From a virus, in the IMG/VR virus record IMGVR_UViG_3300050821_018577, positions 64,001 to 128,000 of that record: a stretch of DNA of 64,000 nt; one strand, 5' to 3'. A program made the translations under genes and the position numbers. This document shows positions 26,761 to 36,043 of this stretch, in pieces. Below the pieces are notes generated by a model, which was not told where the DNA came from, did no database searches, and was given only the letters and a program-made list of their open reading frames with translations. How positions within the stretch are numbered: position 1 is the stretch's first letter; every line of letters begins with the position of its first letter.

Positions 26761-28274
26761 ACTGGACAGACAGCGAACTGTGTAGGATCGCCCTGAAACA
26801 CCACACAGACAAAGCGCATTTCCATAACTATACGCCGACCTACCACAAGCTACTAGCCGGCAAATCCGTAAAAAAAGTTTTGGAGATTGGACTTGGTTGG
26901 GGCGGTCTGATGCACAACGACTATCAGTCCGCTGGCAGTCTATTGATGTGGCGGGATTATTTTCCGGACGCGGAAATCTACGGACTCGATATCCGCCCGG
27001 ATGCTCTGCGCAACGAGAATAGGATCCATTCTTTTTTGTGCGACCAGAACGACATTGATTCCCTTATGCGCGCAGCAGCACAGGTCGGCGATGACTTCGA
27101 CCTGATTGTCGACGATGGTTCGCACGTCCCAATGCACCAAGTGACGACGGCTTCGATATTCGTCCCCCTATTGGCTCCTGGAGGCCTGTACGTCATTGAG
27201 GATGTACATGACGCATATTTTCAGCCAGGCCCGGAGCATGTGCACGTCCCTACAGGAGACCTTACGGAATTGGAGTACGTACGCCAGAATCTTCCTTACC
27301 CGCACGAGGTCATCGAAATCGAAAACGATATAGTGCCAGGCGATAAATTGGTTGTGATTCGAGAGGAACAAGTGGCGCGCGGAACGAAGCGGTCCTCTCG
27401 ATGCGTGGTCAATGTGGCCATAGGCGACGCTTACTACAAGCGCGGGCAGATGCGGCTCGCCCAAGAATTACGCCGGTTCGACCCATGGTCCAAGCAGATG
27501 ATGTGGCAATGCATACCTCCGGGATGGCCAGACCAGAAACAGAAGCCCTACGCCTTCAAATCTTTTGCCATGAAAGAGGCCGCGAAAATAGCAGACCTGG
27601 TGCTCTGGTGCGACTCGTCGATTGTTCCTATTCGTCCGATGGATGCTTTCTGGGAAATACTCCAATCCGACGGCTATTTCCTTGTCGAAAACGGGGAAGG
27701 CATGAATTACGAATGGACCGCCGATAGCGCGTACCAATATTTATTCCCGGAGCTTTCGGTCGAAAGCGCGCGCAGCGCGAGTCGGGCGATTCCTCAGATT
27801 GTCGGTGGAATCCTCGGAGTAAACATAAAGTCCGAGAAGGGGAATGCCTTTCTTGAAGAGTACTACCGTCTGGCCAAAGACACGGACGCGTTCTGCGGTC
27901 CTTGGGCCAATCAGAATTGTCCAACGCGTGCGCAATACGGGAAAGGAAGCGTGTACACGACAGCACCGTGCGGGCCTCCGGACGTGCGCGGGCATCGTCA
28001 CGACCAGACCGCGGCAAGCGTCATCGCCTGGAACATGGGACTGAAACTCTCGAAATATCCGTCACCATACGCTTACATCGGCCCATCGTCCAAGACGGCG
28101 CCGACCCGAGAAACTATTTTGCTGCATGACGGCCCAGGAGCCACGGAATTTGAAGCGCAATTATCCAAACCGGAGGAACCCACGATGAAATGCGCCCAAT
28201 GCGGAAGCGCCGCTTTGGGCATGGCTGGCGGCATGTTGCATTGCAATCAATGTGGTTATAGGAGTGGCCATTGA
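26757..28274 (+). CDS. class I SAM methyltransferase fused to a GT-A-like domain and C-terminal zinc ribbon
   Basis: KAHFHNYT..VLEIG..SLLMWRDYFP..YGLDI..FDLIVDDGSH; then AFK....LWCDSS..HRHDQT; CAQCGS..GMAGGM..CNQCG. Confidence 0.8.
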   Translation: MNWTDSELCRIALKHHTDKAHFHNYTPTYHKLLAGKSVKKVLEIGLGWGGLMHNDYQSAGSLLMWRDYFPDAEIYGLDIRPDALRNENRIHSFLCDQNDIDSLMRAAAQVGDDFDLIVDDGSHVPMHQVTTASIFVPLLAPGGLYVIEDVHDAYFQPGPEHVHVPTGDLTELEYVRQNLPYPHEVIEIENDIVPGDKLVVIREEQVARGTKRSSRCVVNVAIGDAYYKRGQMRLAQELRRFDPWSKQMMWQCIPPGWPDQKQKPYAFKSFAMKEAAKIADLVLWCDSSIVPIRPMDAFWEILQSDGYFLVENGEGMNYEWTADSAYQYLFPELSVESARSASRAIPQIVGGILGVNIKSEKGNAFLEEYYRLAKDTDAFCGPWANQNCPTRAQYGKGSVYTTAPCGPPDVRGHRHDQTAASVIAWNMGLKLSKYPSPYAYIGPSSKTAPTRETILLHDGPGATEFEAQLSKPEEPTMKCAQCGSAALGMAGGMLHCNQCGYRSGH

Positions 28275-28897
28275 ATATCGAAGATGAAGCACAAGCGATT
28301 GGCAGTATTTTGCGAGAGTGTGAACATCCGGTCATTGTTGACCTCGGAGCGTACGGTGGAGAAGACACAGCCTGGCTGATTGGCGCCTGCCGCGTTCCTC
28401 CAGTTGCGATTGCCGTCGAAGCCGACCCGGACAATTTTGCAAGGCTGTATGCGGCAAACCTCAAAGCCACCGTCATTCAAGCGGCCATTTCCGACCACGA
28501 TGGAGAGTGCACGTTTTATAAGTGCTATACCGGCCGTGGCGTCGGTTCTGGCTCGATCCGGCAACCGACTGGCCATCTCGACAGGGACGGCACGAAATAC
28601 GATTTTCGTCCGATATCGGTTCGGTGCCTAACTTTGGACAAAATCGCACGCGATTTCGCGCTCGACCATATTGACCTTTTGTGGGTGGACATCCAGGCCG
28701 CCGAACGTGACATGATTGCCGGAGGCCAGAATGCGCTTCAACGGACGCGCTATCTGTTCATGGAAGCGGAGCAAGGCGAAGAGATGTATGCCGGGCAGGC
28801 GATGCGCGATGAACTGCTGGCCATGCTTCCCGGGTGGTTCGAAGTGCAACGGTTTGATTTCAATATTTTGCTGCGCAACGACAGGTTCGTTCCATGA
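28271..28897 (+). CDS. FkbM-family methyltransferase
   Basis: VDLGAYGGED, VEADP, IDLLWVDIQAAE. Confidence 0.85.
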   Translation: MNIEDEAQAIGSILRECEHPVIVDLGAYGGEDTAWLIGACRVPPVAIAVEADPDNFARLYAANLKATVIQAAISDHDGECTFYKCYTGRGVGSGSIRQPTGHLDRDGTKYDFRPISVRCLTLDKIARDFALDHIDLLWVDIQAAERDMIAGGQNALQRTRYLFMEAEQGEEMYAGQAMRDELLAMLPGWFEVQRFDFNILLRNDRFVP

Positions 28898-29535
28898 GCT
28901 TCCCGGAAGAACGCGCAGCGGTCACGCAAATTCTCAAGGCGCTTCCAGACCCTGTGTGCATCGTGGAATTAGGAGCGCAAGACGGCGGCGATGCCGCGTG
29001 GATGCTGCAAGTGTTGGCCGGACGGGGTCCACGATGCGTGCTGGTCGAAGCCGATAGAATCAATTTCGAACTCTTGCCGCCACAGGGATTCACCGACACG
29101 CCAGAAGGCCCCATGGTCGCCATCTACGGTGCTATCGCCGACCATACAGGTACGTGTGATTTTTGGGAGAACCGTGATTGTGGAGGCGGCTTTAGTTCCA
29201 TCTACGAACCAAACCGGGAACACCTAAGCGTCGATGCGTCGCAATGGCGGAAAGTCGGACCCATTCCATGTTTCACGTTTGACGACCTCTATGCAAAGTT
29301 AAAACTTAGCCACATCGACCTGCTGTACGTGGACATTCACGGCGCGGAAAAGGATATGGTCACTCACGGACAGAAAGCTTTGAAACACACAAAATACCTA
29401 TTCATCGAAGCTGTGGACTACCGCATGTACGAAGGGGCAGCAACCGGCGAGGAGTTACAGGCAATGCTGCCCGGCTGGAAACTTCTAGAAACTTTTCCGT
29501 GGAACATATTGCTGATAAACATGGAATACGAATGA
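28894..29535 (+). CDS. FkbM-family methyltransferase
   Basis: VELGAQDGGD, VEAD, IDLLYVDIHGAE; paralogous to 28271-28897. Confidence 0.85.
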   Translation: MSFPEERAAVTQILKALPDPVCIVELGAQDGGDAAWMLQVLAGRGPRCVLVEADRINFELLPPQGFTDTPEGPMVAIYGAIADHTGTCDFWENRDCGGGFSSIYEPNREHLSVDASQWRKVGPIPCFTFDDLYAKLKLSHIDLLYVDIHGAEKDMVTHGQKALKHTKYLFIEAVDYRMYEGAATGEELQAMLPGWKLLETFPWNILLINMEYE

Positions 29536-30212
29536 TTTCCATTCTCATCCCGACGCGCGGCCGTCGTGCGGGTTTAGAGCGGGCCATCCGGTCCGCGCGC
29601 GAGACGGCGCATTCTGCCGATTGTCTCGAATTTGTTGCCTATGTCGACAATGATGATGCACTGACCTACGTGGATTTCGGTTGCGATGTTAAATTTGTAT
29701 ATGGCCCGCGGATCGTTCTTTCTAATACCTGGAACAAATGTGCCGAGGTAGCCAAAGGTGACATCTTGTGTCAAGGTAACGATGATATTATTTTCCGCAC
29801 GCCAGGATGGGTCCGTATCATTGAAGAAGAATTCGCGAAGATTCCGGACCGCCTTGTAATGGTGCATGGTTCGGACGGCAGCAAAAACTATGGCAGTAGC
29901 AGCGGACAGTTTGGCCCCCATCCATTCATAAGCCGGCAGTGGATGGAGACCCTCGGCTATTTCACGGCTCCATACTTTTCAAGCGACTTCGGCGATACCT
30001 GGTTGAATGACCTTGCGAACGCTATTGGACGTAGGCGCTACGTGCCAGTGATTATCGAGCATATGCATTTCATTTTCGGCAAGTCGGAAACTGACCGTAC
30101 AACCAGCGAACGATTGGAGCGGCACTCGCGCGATAATTGCGGGCAACTCTACGCAGACCTTGCTCCGCTGCGGGAGGTTGACATCGAGAAGCTTAAGGCG
30201 GCAATGCGATGA
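29532..30212 (+). CDS. GT2-like glycosyltransferase
   Basis: ISILIPTRGR, YVDNDD, GNDDIIF, SDFGDTWL. Confidence 0.85.
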   Translation: MISILIPTRGRRAGLERAIRSARETAHSADCLEFVAYVDNDDALTYVDFGCDVKFVYGPRIVLSNTWNKCAEVAKGDILCQGNDDIIFRTPGWVRIIEEEFAKIPDRLVMVHGSDGSKNYGSSSGQFGPHPFISRQWMETLGYFTAPYFSSDFGDTWLNDLANAIGRRRYVPVIIEHMHFIFGKSETDRTTSERLERHSRDNCGQLYADLAPLREVDIEKLKAAMR

Positions 30213-30922
30213 AATGGGAATTACTGGTACTCACCCAGCATGGTCGCGAGCAATACCTAGCGCGCCTGCAGGCTGTCCTCCGGCCGCAACTCGAGGCTTA
30301 TTCCGATGTTGGTCTGATTGTCCGGCGGTTCGACCCGACCATGGACCTCGGTACGAACCGTCAAATCATGCGTGAAGGATCAAGCGCGGACTACTCGAAC
30401 TTTATTGACGACGATGATTTGGTCTCTGCGAACTATGTCTCCACCATCTACTCGCTACTCGATGGTGTCGACTACATCGGATTTACGCTCCAAATGTATA
30501 GCGACGGAGAAAAACAAAAGCCAACCTTCCATTCATTGCGGTACAAGGAATGGAACGCAGACCAAAACGGATTCTACCGCGACATTTCCCATCTAAATCC
30601 AATCCGCCGCGAGCTTGCCCTACGCGCCACAATGGCAGGAGGCTTTGGTGAGGATCAGCGATGGTCGGACCGCCTTCGAGAGCTAGGCATCGTCAAGACC
30701 GAACACTATGTCAACGATGTGATGTATTTTTATTACTGGCGCAGCAACAAAACCGATTATCCAGCCCCAGCATTGCAGGTGCCCACGCACGGATCCTACA
30801 ATCCGGTCGAACAACTTGCTATAGGCCAGCGGCGTCCCATCTGTCCGAAATGCGGCAGCACCGCCACCGGTATGGCCGGAGGCATGCGACAATGTAATCA
30901 GTGCGGTGAACGGTATGTGTGA
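30209..30922 (+). CDS. GT2-like glycosyltransferase with C-terminal zinc ribbon
   Basis: FIDDDDLVS..YV, HLNPIRR, GEDQRW; CPKCGS..GMAGGM..CNQCG. Confidence 0.8.
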   Translation: MKWELLVLTQHGREQYLARLQAVLRPQLEAYSDVGLIVRRFDPTMDLGTNRQIMREGSSADYSNFIDDDDLVSANYVSTIYSLLDGVDYIGFTLQMYSDGEKQKPTFHSLRYKEWNADQNGFYRDISHLNPIRRELALRATMAGGFGEDQRWSDRLRELGIVKTEHYVNDVMYFYYWRSNKTDYPAPALQVPTHGSYNPVEQLAIGQRRPICPKCGSTATGMAGGMRQCNQCGERYV

Positions 30923-30977
30923 CCAACTATAGAGCAAAATGGTTTTGTGTGGATGAAGCAAGTGATACTATCCACGA

Positions 30978-31223
30978 ATGGTTTCACCGCTAACGCTTCC
31001 CGCTGTTGAAGGCTGGCCCTATCAGGAAGTATCGGCTGCCTTTATTCAGAAAGCGCACACCGGAGAGGCAGTCCCGAAAGTTCTGATGGTGGGATATAGC
31101 CTTTGGGCTCTTCTGCTGAAAGCCTCTGACACCGAAGTGTTCTACGTGTGCGGGACAATTCCGATTCGCTTTGAAAGAAGCGGGATCCTTGAACCACACG
31201 AATTTATGTTCACGCGCGATTGA
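30978..31223 (+). CDS. hypothetical protein
   Basis: 81 aa, inside the glycan cluster. Confidence 0.5.
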   Translation: MVSPLTLPAVEGWPYQEVSAAFIQKAHTGEAVPKVLMVGYSLWALLLKASDTEVFYVCGTIPIRFERSGILEPHEFMFTRD

Positions 31224-31237
31224 AAGGCGCCTTGCCC

Positions 31238-32452
31238 ATGATTACGCATCTCTGTGTGTGTGGCCTTGGCAAGTTAGGTTCGCCAATTTCCGCATCCTTT
31301 GCGAGGTCCATGTTCGTGGTCGGTTATGACCTGGACGCCGCGAAGGTAAATGCCATCAATCACGGCCATGCGCCAGTTGAAGAACCCGGCCTCGATGAAG
31401 CCGTTAGTTCCGCGGGATTGTTGTTGCGAGCGACCACTGACCCGGAAGAAGCTGTACGCAGCACTGACGCCTGCATTTTTGTCGCGCCGACGCCATCCTT
31501 GCCGGACGGAAGTTTCGATAATCAATACTTGCTCAACGGGATCGAGAAGATTGCTCCAGCAGTTGGTGGAAGGCCCTACATTTTCATCGTCGCATCGACC
31601 GTGACGCCAGGAAGTTGCCAGCATATTTTATTGCCGGCCATCCGCCGCCATTCCGACAAGATTGCCCTGGTCTACAAGCCGGAGTTGATTGCCCTCGGAA
31701 CGGTCATGCATGACCTGGCTAATCCGGACGTAGCATTGATAGGAGCCACAGACAAATGCGCCGCCGCCGAAGTATTCCGTCTCTATGCACGACTACGCGA
31801 TGTTGGCGCAACGGAATTCAAAATCATGTCCTTTGTCGAAGCGGAGCTCGCCAAGATTTCTCTGAACTGTGCCATTACCATGAAAATCAGCTTTGCTAAC
31901 CAGGTGAGCATGGTGGCGGAAAAGCTTGGTGCCGACCCTCACGCCATTTTGGAATTTATTGGCCGCGACAGCCGGATCGGTCCGAAAGTTCTGCGTCCGG
32001 GGACCCCATTCGGCGGGCCGTGTTTCCCGCGGGACAACCGGATGTTTCAGTACGTCGCGGAAAAAGTGAGTGTTAAAGCCCATCTGGCGTTGGCCACGGA
32101 CAAAATCAACGAAGATATCCTCTGGCATATCATCTCTTCCCTTCCGAAGAACGAGGAGGTCGGAATTCTGGGAGCCAGTTATAAAGCAGGCACAAATGTC
32201 ATTGAAGAATCGGCAGGGATGGCGCTATGTAAAAAACTAACAGCGCTCGGCCGCATCGTAAAACAGCATGACCCTCTCGTTGCCACGCCCGACAAGCTCG
32301 AGAACGTAATTCAGTGTCCGGTTGTCATTGTCACTCTCGATTGCCCGGAATACCGCGGGCTACAATTCCAACCAAGCCAATTTGTAGTTGACCCATGGCG
32401 CATCACCGGAAAACAAGTAGCGAAGGAGATTCCATGCCCAGTCTCATGTTGA
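31238..32452 (+). CDS. UDP-glucose/GDP-mannose dehydrogenase family protein
   Basis: GLGKLG Rossmann motif, EEPGL, STVTPG, ELAK...KISFAN, catalytic GGPCFPRD, LGASYKAGT. Confidence 0.92.
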   Translation: MITHLCVCGLGKLGSPISASFARSMFVVGYDLDAAKVNAINHGHAPVEEPGLDEAVSSAGLLLRATTDPEEAVRSTDACIFVAPTPSLPDGSFDNQYLLNGIEKIAPAVGGRPYIFIVASTVTPGSCQHILLPAIRRHSDKIALVYKPELIALGTVMHDLANPDVALIGATDKCAAAEVFRLYARLRDVGATEFKIMSFVEAELAKISLNCAITMKISFANQVSMVAEKLGADPHAILEFIGRDSRIGPKVLRPGTPFGGPCFPRDNRMFQYVAEKVSVKAHLALATDKINEDILWHIISSLPKNEEVGILGASYKAGTNVIEESAGMALCKKLTALGRIVKQHDPLVATPDKLENVIQCPVVIVTLDCPEYRGLQFQPSQFVVDPWRITGKQVAKEIPCPVSC

Positions 32453-32895
32453 TGATGATGTCCATGACTCCCGAACACAAACAGGACCTAATGCTCCTGC
32501 TCCCTTTTCTGCTTGGCCAGCTTGTTTATATTATGAAACGTGCAAGTTTTTCGATGCGCGCCGGAAGGGCCCCCACGCGATGGCAGTACGTGTATCGCAA
32601 TTGGGACATCCTTGTCTTTAGGTCGGTGCTCGAATTCCTTTTAATCTACATGCCGATTCGACATTTTTCTCCGGACCAACTTCTCAATGTGTTCCACATC
32701 GATGTAAGCCACATTGAGAGTCTTGATTTTTTGTATAATCCAGTGAGTTCACCGGTGAGCATTTTTGGGGCGGGAATCGCGTCCGACGGATTATTTGATT
32801 GGCTGGTCGATTGGGCATCCCGGTCGACAAAGATTCCGGCACCTATAAAGGCGTGGCTCACCGAGAATGTTCCGCCGATGCCGATGGCGCAATAG
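32434..32895 (+). CDS. membrane protein (holin-like candidate)
   Basis: RBS GAAGGAG; two to three hydrophobic segments. Confidence 0.6.
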   Translation: MPSLMLMMMSMTPEHKQDLMLLLPFLLGQLVYIMKRASFSMRAGRAPTRWQYVYRNWDILVFRSVLEFLLIYMPIRHFSPDQLLNVFHIDVSHIESLDFLYNPVSSPVSIFGAGIASDGLFDWLVDWASRSTKIPAPIKAWLTENVPPMPMAQ

Positions 32896-32896
32896 A

Positions 32897-33772
32897 ATGA
32901 GCCTGAACGGCAAAAAGCTGTATGTGCTGACGCCAATGTATGGCGGAAATCTTTCCGTCAACTATCACAGTTCCTTTTTCCAGCTGGTCCATGCCTTTGA
33001 AGAATTGAAACGCAAAGGCCTCGAAGTAGATTTGGAATCCCGTAGCGTGTGGAATGAGTCTTTGATTTCCCGGGCCCGCAACCGGCTGGCAGATTGTTTT
33101 CTAAAAGAAAGCTCCTTCACTCATGCCTGCTTTATCGATGCCGATATTGGTTTCGAGCCGGTGGACATCATTAGCATGCTCGAAATGGACAAAGACATCC
33201 TTGGTGTTCCTTGTTCCAAAAAATCCATCCGCTGGGACCGGATCCAAATGGCAGTCGCGCGTCGCGTTCTCGAATGGTCCAAAAATAGCCCAGCCTGCCA
33301 AAATGGATTCGACCCGGCCGCACTCGCGCAGCAGTTCGTAAGCTCCCAGGCGGCTTTCCCTCCTGACGTTATTTCCAGAATCGCCGGCGACTTTGTCCTA
33401 AACTTCCCTTTAGATGAGCAAGAAAAAATCATCAAATTCGATACACCAGAGCCAATGCGCCATGTTGGCACAGGCCTGTTGATGGTCAAGCGGGAAGTGT
33501 TTCTGAAATTCATGAAATGCTATCCCGACCGCTGGTATGAAGCGCGTTCTGATAATGCATCAAATCCCGGTCGCATCCATGATTTCTTCAAAGTTGGCGT
33601 CAATCCGGAAACTCGTGAGTACGATTCCGAGGATTACTGGTTTTGCCACGACTGCATCGCCATGGGCTACAAGATTCTAATTGCGCCATGGGTAAAAACC
33701 ACCCACATGGGCACCAATACGTTCATTGGCGACATGCCGGCCGCCCTGGCCTGTGCCGGCAGCATCTTCTAA
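32897..33772 (+). CDS. phage-type GT-A glycosyltransferase
   Basis: TPMYGG, ESLISRARN, FIDADIGF, GTGLLMVKREVF, SEDYWFC, THMG. Confidence 0.85.
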   Translation: MSLNGKKLYVLTPMYGGNLSVNYHSSFFQLVHAFEELKRKGLEVDLESRSVWNESLISRARNRLADCFLKESSFTHACFIDADIGFEPVDIISMLEMDKDILGVPCSKKSIRWDRIQMAVARRVLEWSKNSPACQNGFDPAALAQQFVSSQAAFPPDVISRIAGDFVLNFPLDEQEKIIKFDTPEPMRHVGTGLLMVKREVFLKFMKCYPDRWYEARSDNASNPGRIHDFFKVGVNPETREYDSEDYWFCHDCIAMGYKILIAPWVKTTHMGTNTFIGDMPAALACAGSIF

Positions 33773-33877
33773 CAAACCTCTTCCATGTGGTCTGTTTATC
33801 GGCTAAGGTTTTTTACGAAATGGTTGAGCACATTGGAACCGTTTTTGGCCGGTCGTGTGCGACCACCGACCTCTGGA

Positions 33878-34720
33878 ATGAAGACATTACTCAAGGCGCT
33901 TCTGCTGACCGTTTTGTTCCCGTTCTTCTGTTTTGCCCAGAATAAGACGATTGTCTCGGACTTTCTCTCCACTGCTGGCGGATCCGCCGTCACCGGAACC
34001 CTTACGGTCACGAATAACTCCACGATGATTACGGCGGATGGGTTCACTGTCCCACAGGGACAGGTGGTGACCGCACAGATTACCAGCGGCCAATTCTCTA
34101 TTTCCCTTGTTCCTAACGTTGGCGCGGCGCCCTATGGGTCTGTGTATTACGCGGATTATGTGACGAAGACCTCGCGCTACCGCGAAATCTGGAATGTGCC
34201 GAACAGCGCGACGGCCGTAAATCTTCTGGCTGTGCGGGTGGTTTGGCCGCAAGCGCCCAACGTCCTGATTCCCGCCTCGCAAGTCGTTCCACCACCCACC
34301 TGCACTCCCATCGCCGCCGGCAACAACAATCTGGTATTGCGCTACACAACCAATCCTGCCGGATGGATCTGTGCGCCCGATAACATCGGTGCCGTCACCA
34401 TGGACTTGGAGAATCCGACTCCAGTCGATGCCGGGAAATTCAATTGGGAACCGAAGAACGGCCTCAACCTAACGCGGATTTCCTGTTCAGTCGACAGTGG
34501 TTCAGTTTCCGTCAATCTGGACATACGCACAGAAGCTGCTCCGAATTCGCCAGGTACGCAGGTTCTTTCTGTGCCTTTAGTTTGCACGCCTACGACCGGA
34601 GCAACGACGGCTATTACGTTTCCCGCCGTTCCGCCTCAGTCGCCTGTGGCGCTGTTGATTACATCGACTGTCGGTAGCCCGGGAATTGTTCGAGTTCACG
34701 CAGAGTACATCCTCAACTAA
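33878..34720 (+). CDS. signal-peptide-bearing fibre/baseplate-like protein
   Basis: MKTLLKALLLTVLFPFFCFA|Q; LVPN..A.P..Y...EIW.VP beta domain; C-terminal jelly-roll-like head. Confidence 0.75.
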   Translation: MKTLLKALLLTVLFPFFCFAQNKTIVSDFLSTAGGSAVTGTLTVTNNSTMITADGFTVPQGQVVTAQITSGQFSISLVPNVGAAPYGSVYYADYVTKTSRYREIWNVPNSATAVNLLAVRVVWPQAPNVLIPASQVVPPPTCTPIAAGNNNLVLRYTTNPAGWICAPDNIGAVTMDLENPTPVDAGKFNWEPKNGLNLTRISCSVDSGSVSVNLDIRTEAAPNSPGTQVLSVPLVCTPTTGATTAITFPAVPPQSPVALLITSTVGSPGIVRVHAEYILN

Positions 34721-34733
34721 GGAGAATTACGTT

Positions 34734-35369
34734 ATGAAATCAGTGAAGGGAATTTTCAAGCATGGAATGCTGTTGCTGAGTTTGCTGGCGATCGGTGCGC
34801 TCGGCTACGGTGGCAGCGTCGAGAACCTGGTGTCGAAGAACCGCGTCAACATCCAGGCCAGGCACTGTCAGAAGTATATTGTCAACGACAAACACAAGCT
34901 GCCGGTCGGCACTCCGGACATCGGAGCGGCCGCCACGCACATCGATTACAAGGCCTGCGCCGCGGACCCGTCGACGCTGTTCTTTAATGAAACCAACCAC
35001 AACCTGCGCACGACTGCGGGCGGTGATTGGCAAGCCTCGGTGATGGCCAACACGTCGGCCCCGCCAGCGACGATGAACTATATCGCCCTGTCGAACGACG
35101 CGACTGCGCCGGCCGCCGGTGATACCTCGGTAGCTTCGGAGATCGTATCGAACGGCCTGAGCCGCGCCCAGGGTGTCTATGCCCACACGGCATCGACGGC
35201 CTCGCTCACGGTCCAGAAAGTGTTCAACGCCACCGGCACGCAGGCTAGCCAAAAGACCGGTTTACTTAATGCATCATCGTCCGGAACCCTCGGATTTGAA
35301 AACACTTACACCCAGGTGACCGTGAACAATGGCGACACTCTCACAGTCACATGGACAATAAACTATTAG
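34734..35369 (+). CDS. signal-peptide-bearing tail-collar-like protein
   Basis: RBS AAGGAG; MKSVKGIFKHGMLLLSLLAIGALGYG; YIALS...A.DTS..SEI...GL.R, GLLNASSSGTL..VNNGDTLTVTWTI. Confidence 0.8.
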   Translation: MKSVKGIFKHGMLLLSLLAIGALGYGGSVENLVSKNRVNIQARHCQKYIVNDKHKLPVGTPDIGAAATHIDYKACAADPSTLFFNETNHNLRTTAGGDWQASVMANTSAPPATMNYIALSNDATAPAAGDTSVASEIVSNGLSRAQGVYAHTASTASLTVQKVFNATGTQASQKTGLLNASSSGTLGFENTYTQVTVNNGDTLTVTWTINY

Positions 35370-35382
35370 CCTATGTCCGTTG

Positions 35383-35411
35383 TTGACAACCCATACTTCC
35401 TTCTGTATTAT
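35383..35411 (+). promoter_or_regulatory. sigma70 promoter of the HNH gene
   Basis: TTGACA, 17 nt, TATTAT; AGGAGG RBS downstream. Confidence 0.75.
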
Positions 35412-35428
35412 TCGGGCAGGAGGAAGTT

Positions 35429-36031
35429 ATGGAACAAGGCAACTGTTCTGATTGCGGGGTATTCAGGAGATGGCTTCATGGACATCACTTGAAACCGCGA
35501 ATCGAAGGCGGACAAGATGCTGATGGGAAAATTCGAATCTGTGCAAATTGCCACGAGGATCGCCATGGTGGCCCGTTTGGTGGAATTCTTCGCGGCAGAA
35601 CGTCAGCCACGCCCGCAGCTCGACGCAAAAAATCCAAGACGCTTCGGAAACTTTGGCAAGACCCCGAATACCGCCGTAAAACTCTGGCAGGACAGGAAAA
35701 AGCTCGACCGAATCGCGACAATCAAGCCATCGGCGCAAAGATTGCTGCGACTTGGACTCCAGAACGTCGCGCTGCCCAGTCCAAGCTCATCACTGAAATC
35801 AAAGCTAATGTGCTCGGTGACCGGTGGTCCTTGCATCATGATTGCTGTAAAGAATGCAAGCGAACTGACCGCCCGCATCAGGCAAACGGTTTATGCTCTA
35901 CTTGCTACACGAGCCGTTATTATAAAAATAAAAGGAAAAGGTCGCGTCGTCGGAAGTATCTCCGGGAATATATGCGCAAGCGTAGAGCCGACGAAAAGGC
36001 GGTATCAATTTCACCGACAGAAGTTTCATAG
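35429..36031 (+). CDS. HNH endonuclease with basic repeat and C-terminal zinc finger
   Basis: CSDC...HGHHLKPRIEGG...ICANCHEDRH; CKEC...H...GLCSTCY. Confidence 0.85.
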   Translation: MEQGNCSDCGVFRRWLHGHHLKPRIEGGQDADGKIRICANCHEDRHGGPFGGILRGRTSATPAARRKKSKTLRKLWQDPEYRRKTLAGQEKARPNRDNQAIGAKIAATWTPERRAAQSKLITEIKANVLGDRWSLHHDCCKECKRTDRPHQANGLCSTCYTSRYYKNKRKRSRRRKYLREYMRKRRADEKAVSISPTEVS

Positions 36032-36043
36032 AGACTAATTTGC

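Noticed and set aside
32434-32463. Poly-Met start (MPSLMLMMMSM) as a special signal
   Set aside because: Short ATG-rich stretch that mostly makes the start codon ambiguous; no further support.
25068-33772. DNA hypermodification cluster
   Set aside because: No base hydroxymethylase, thymidylate-synthase-like or kinase gene seen, and the cluster sits among structural genes. Disfavoured, not excluded.
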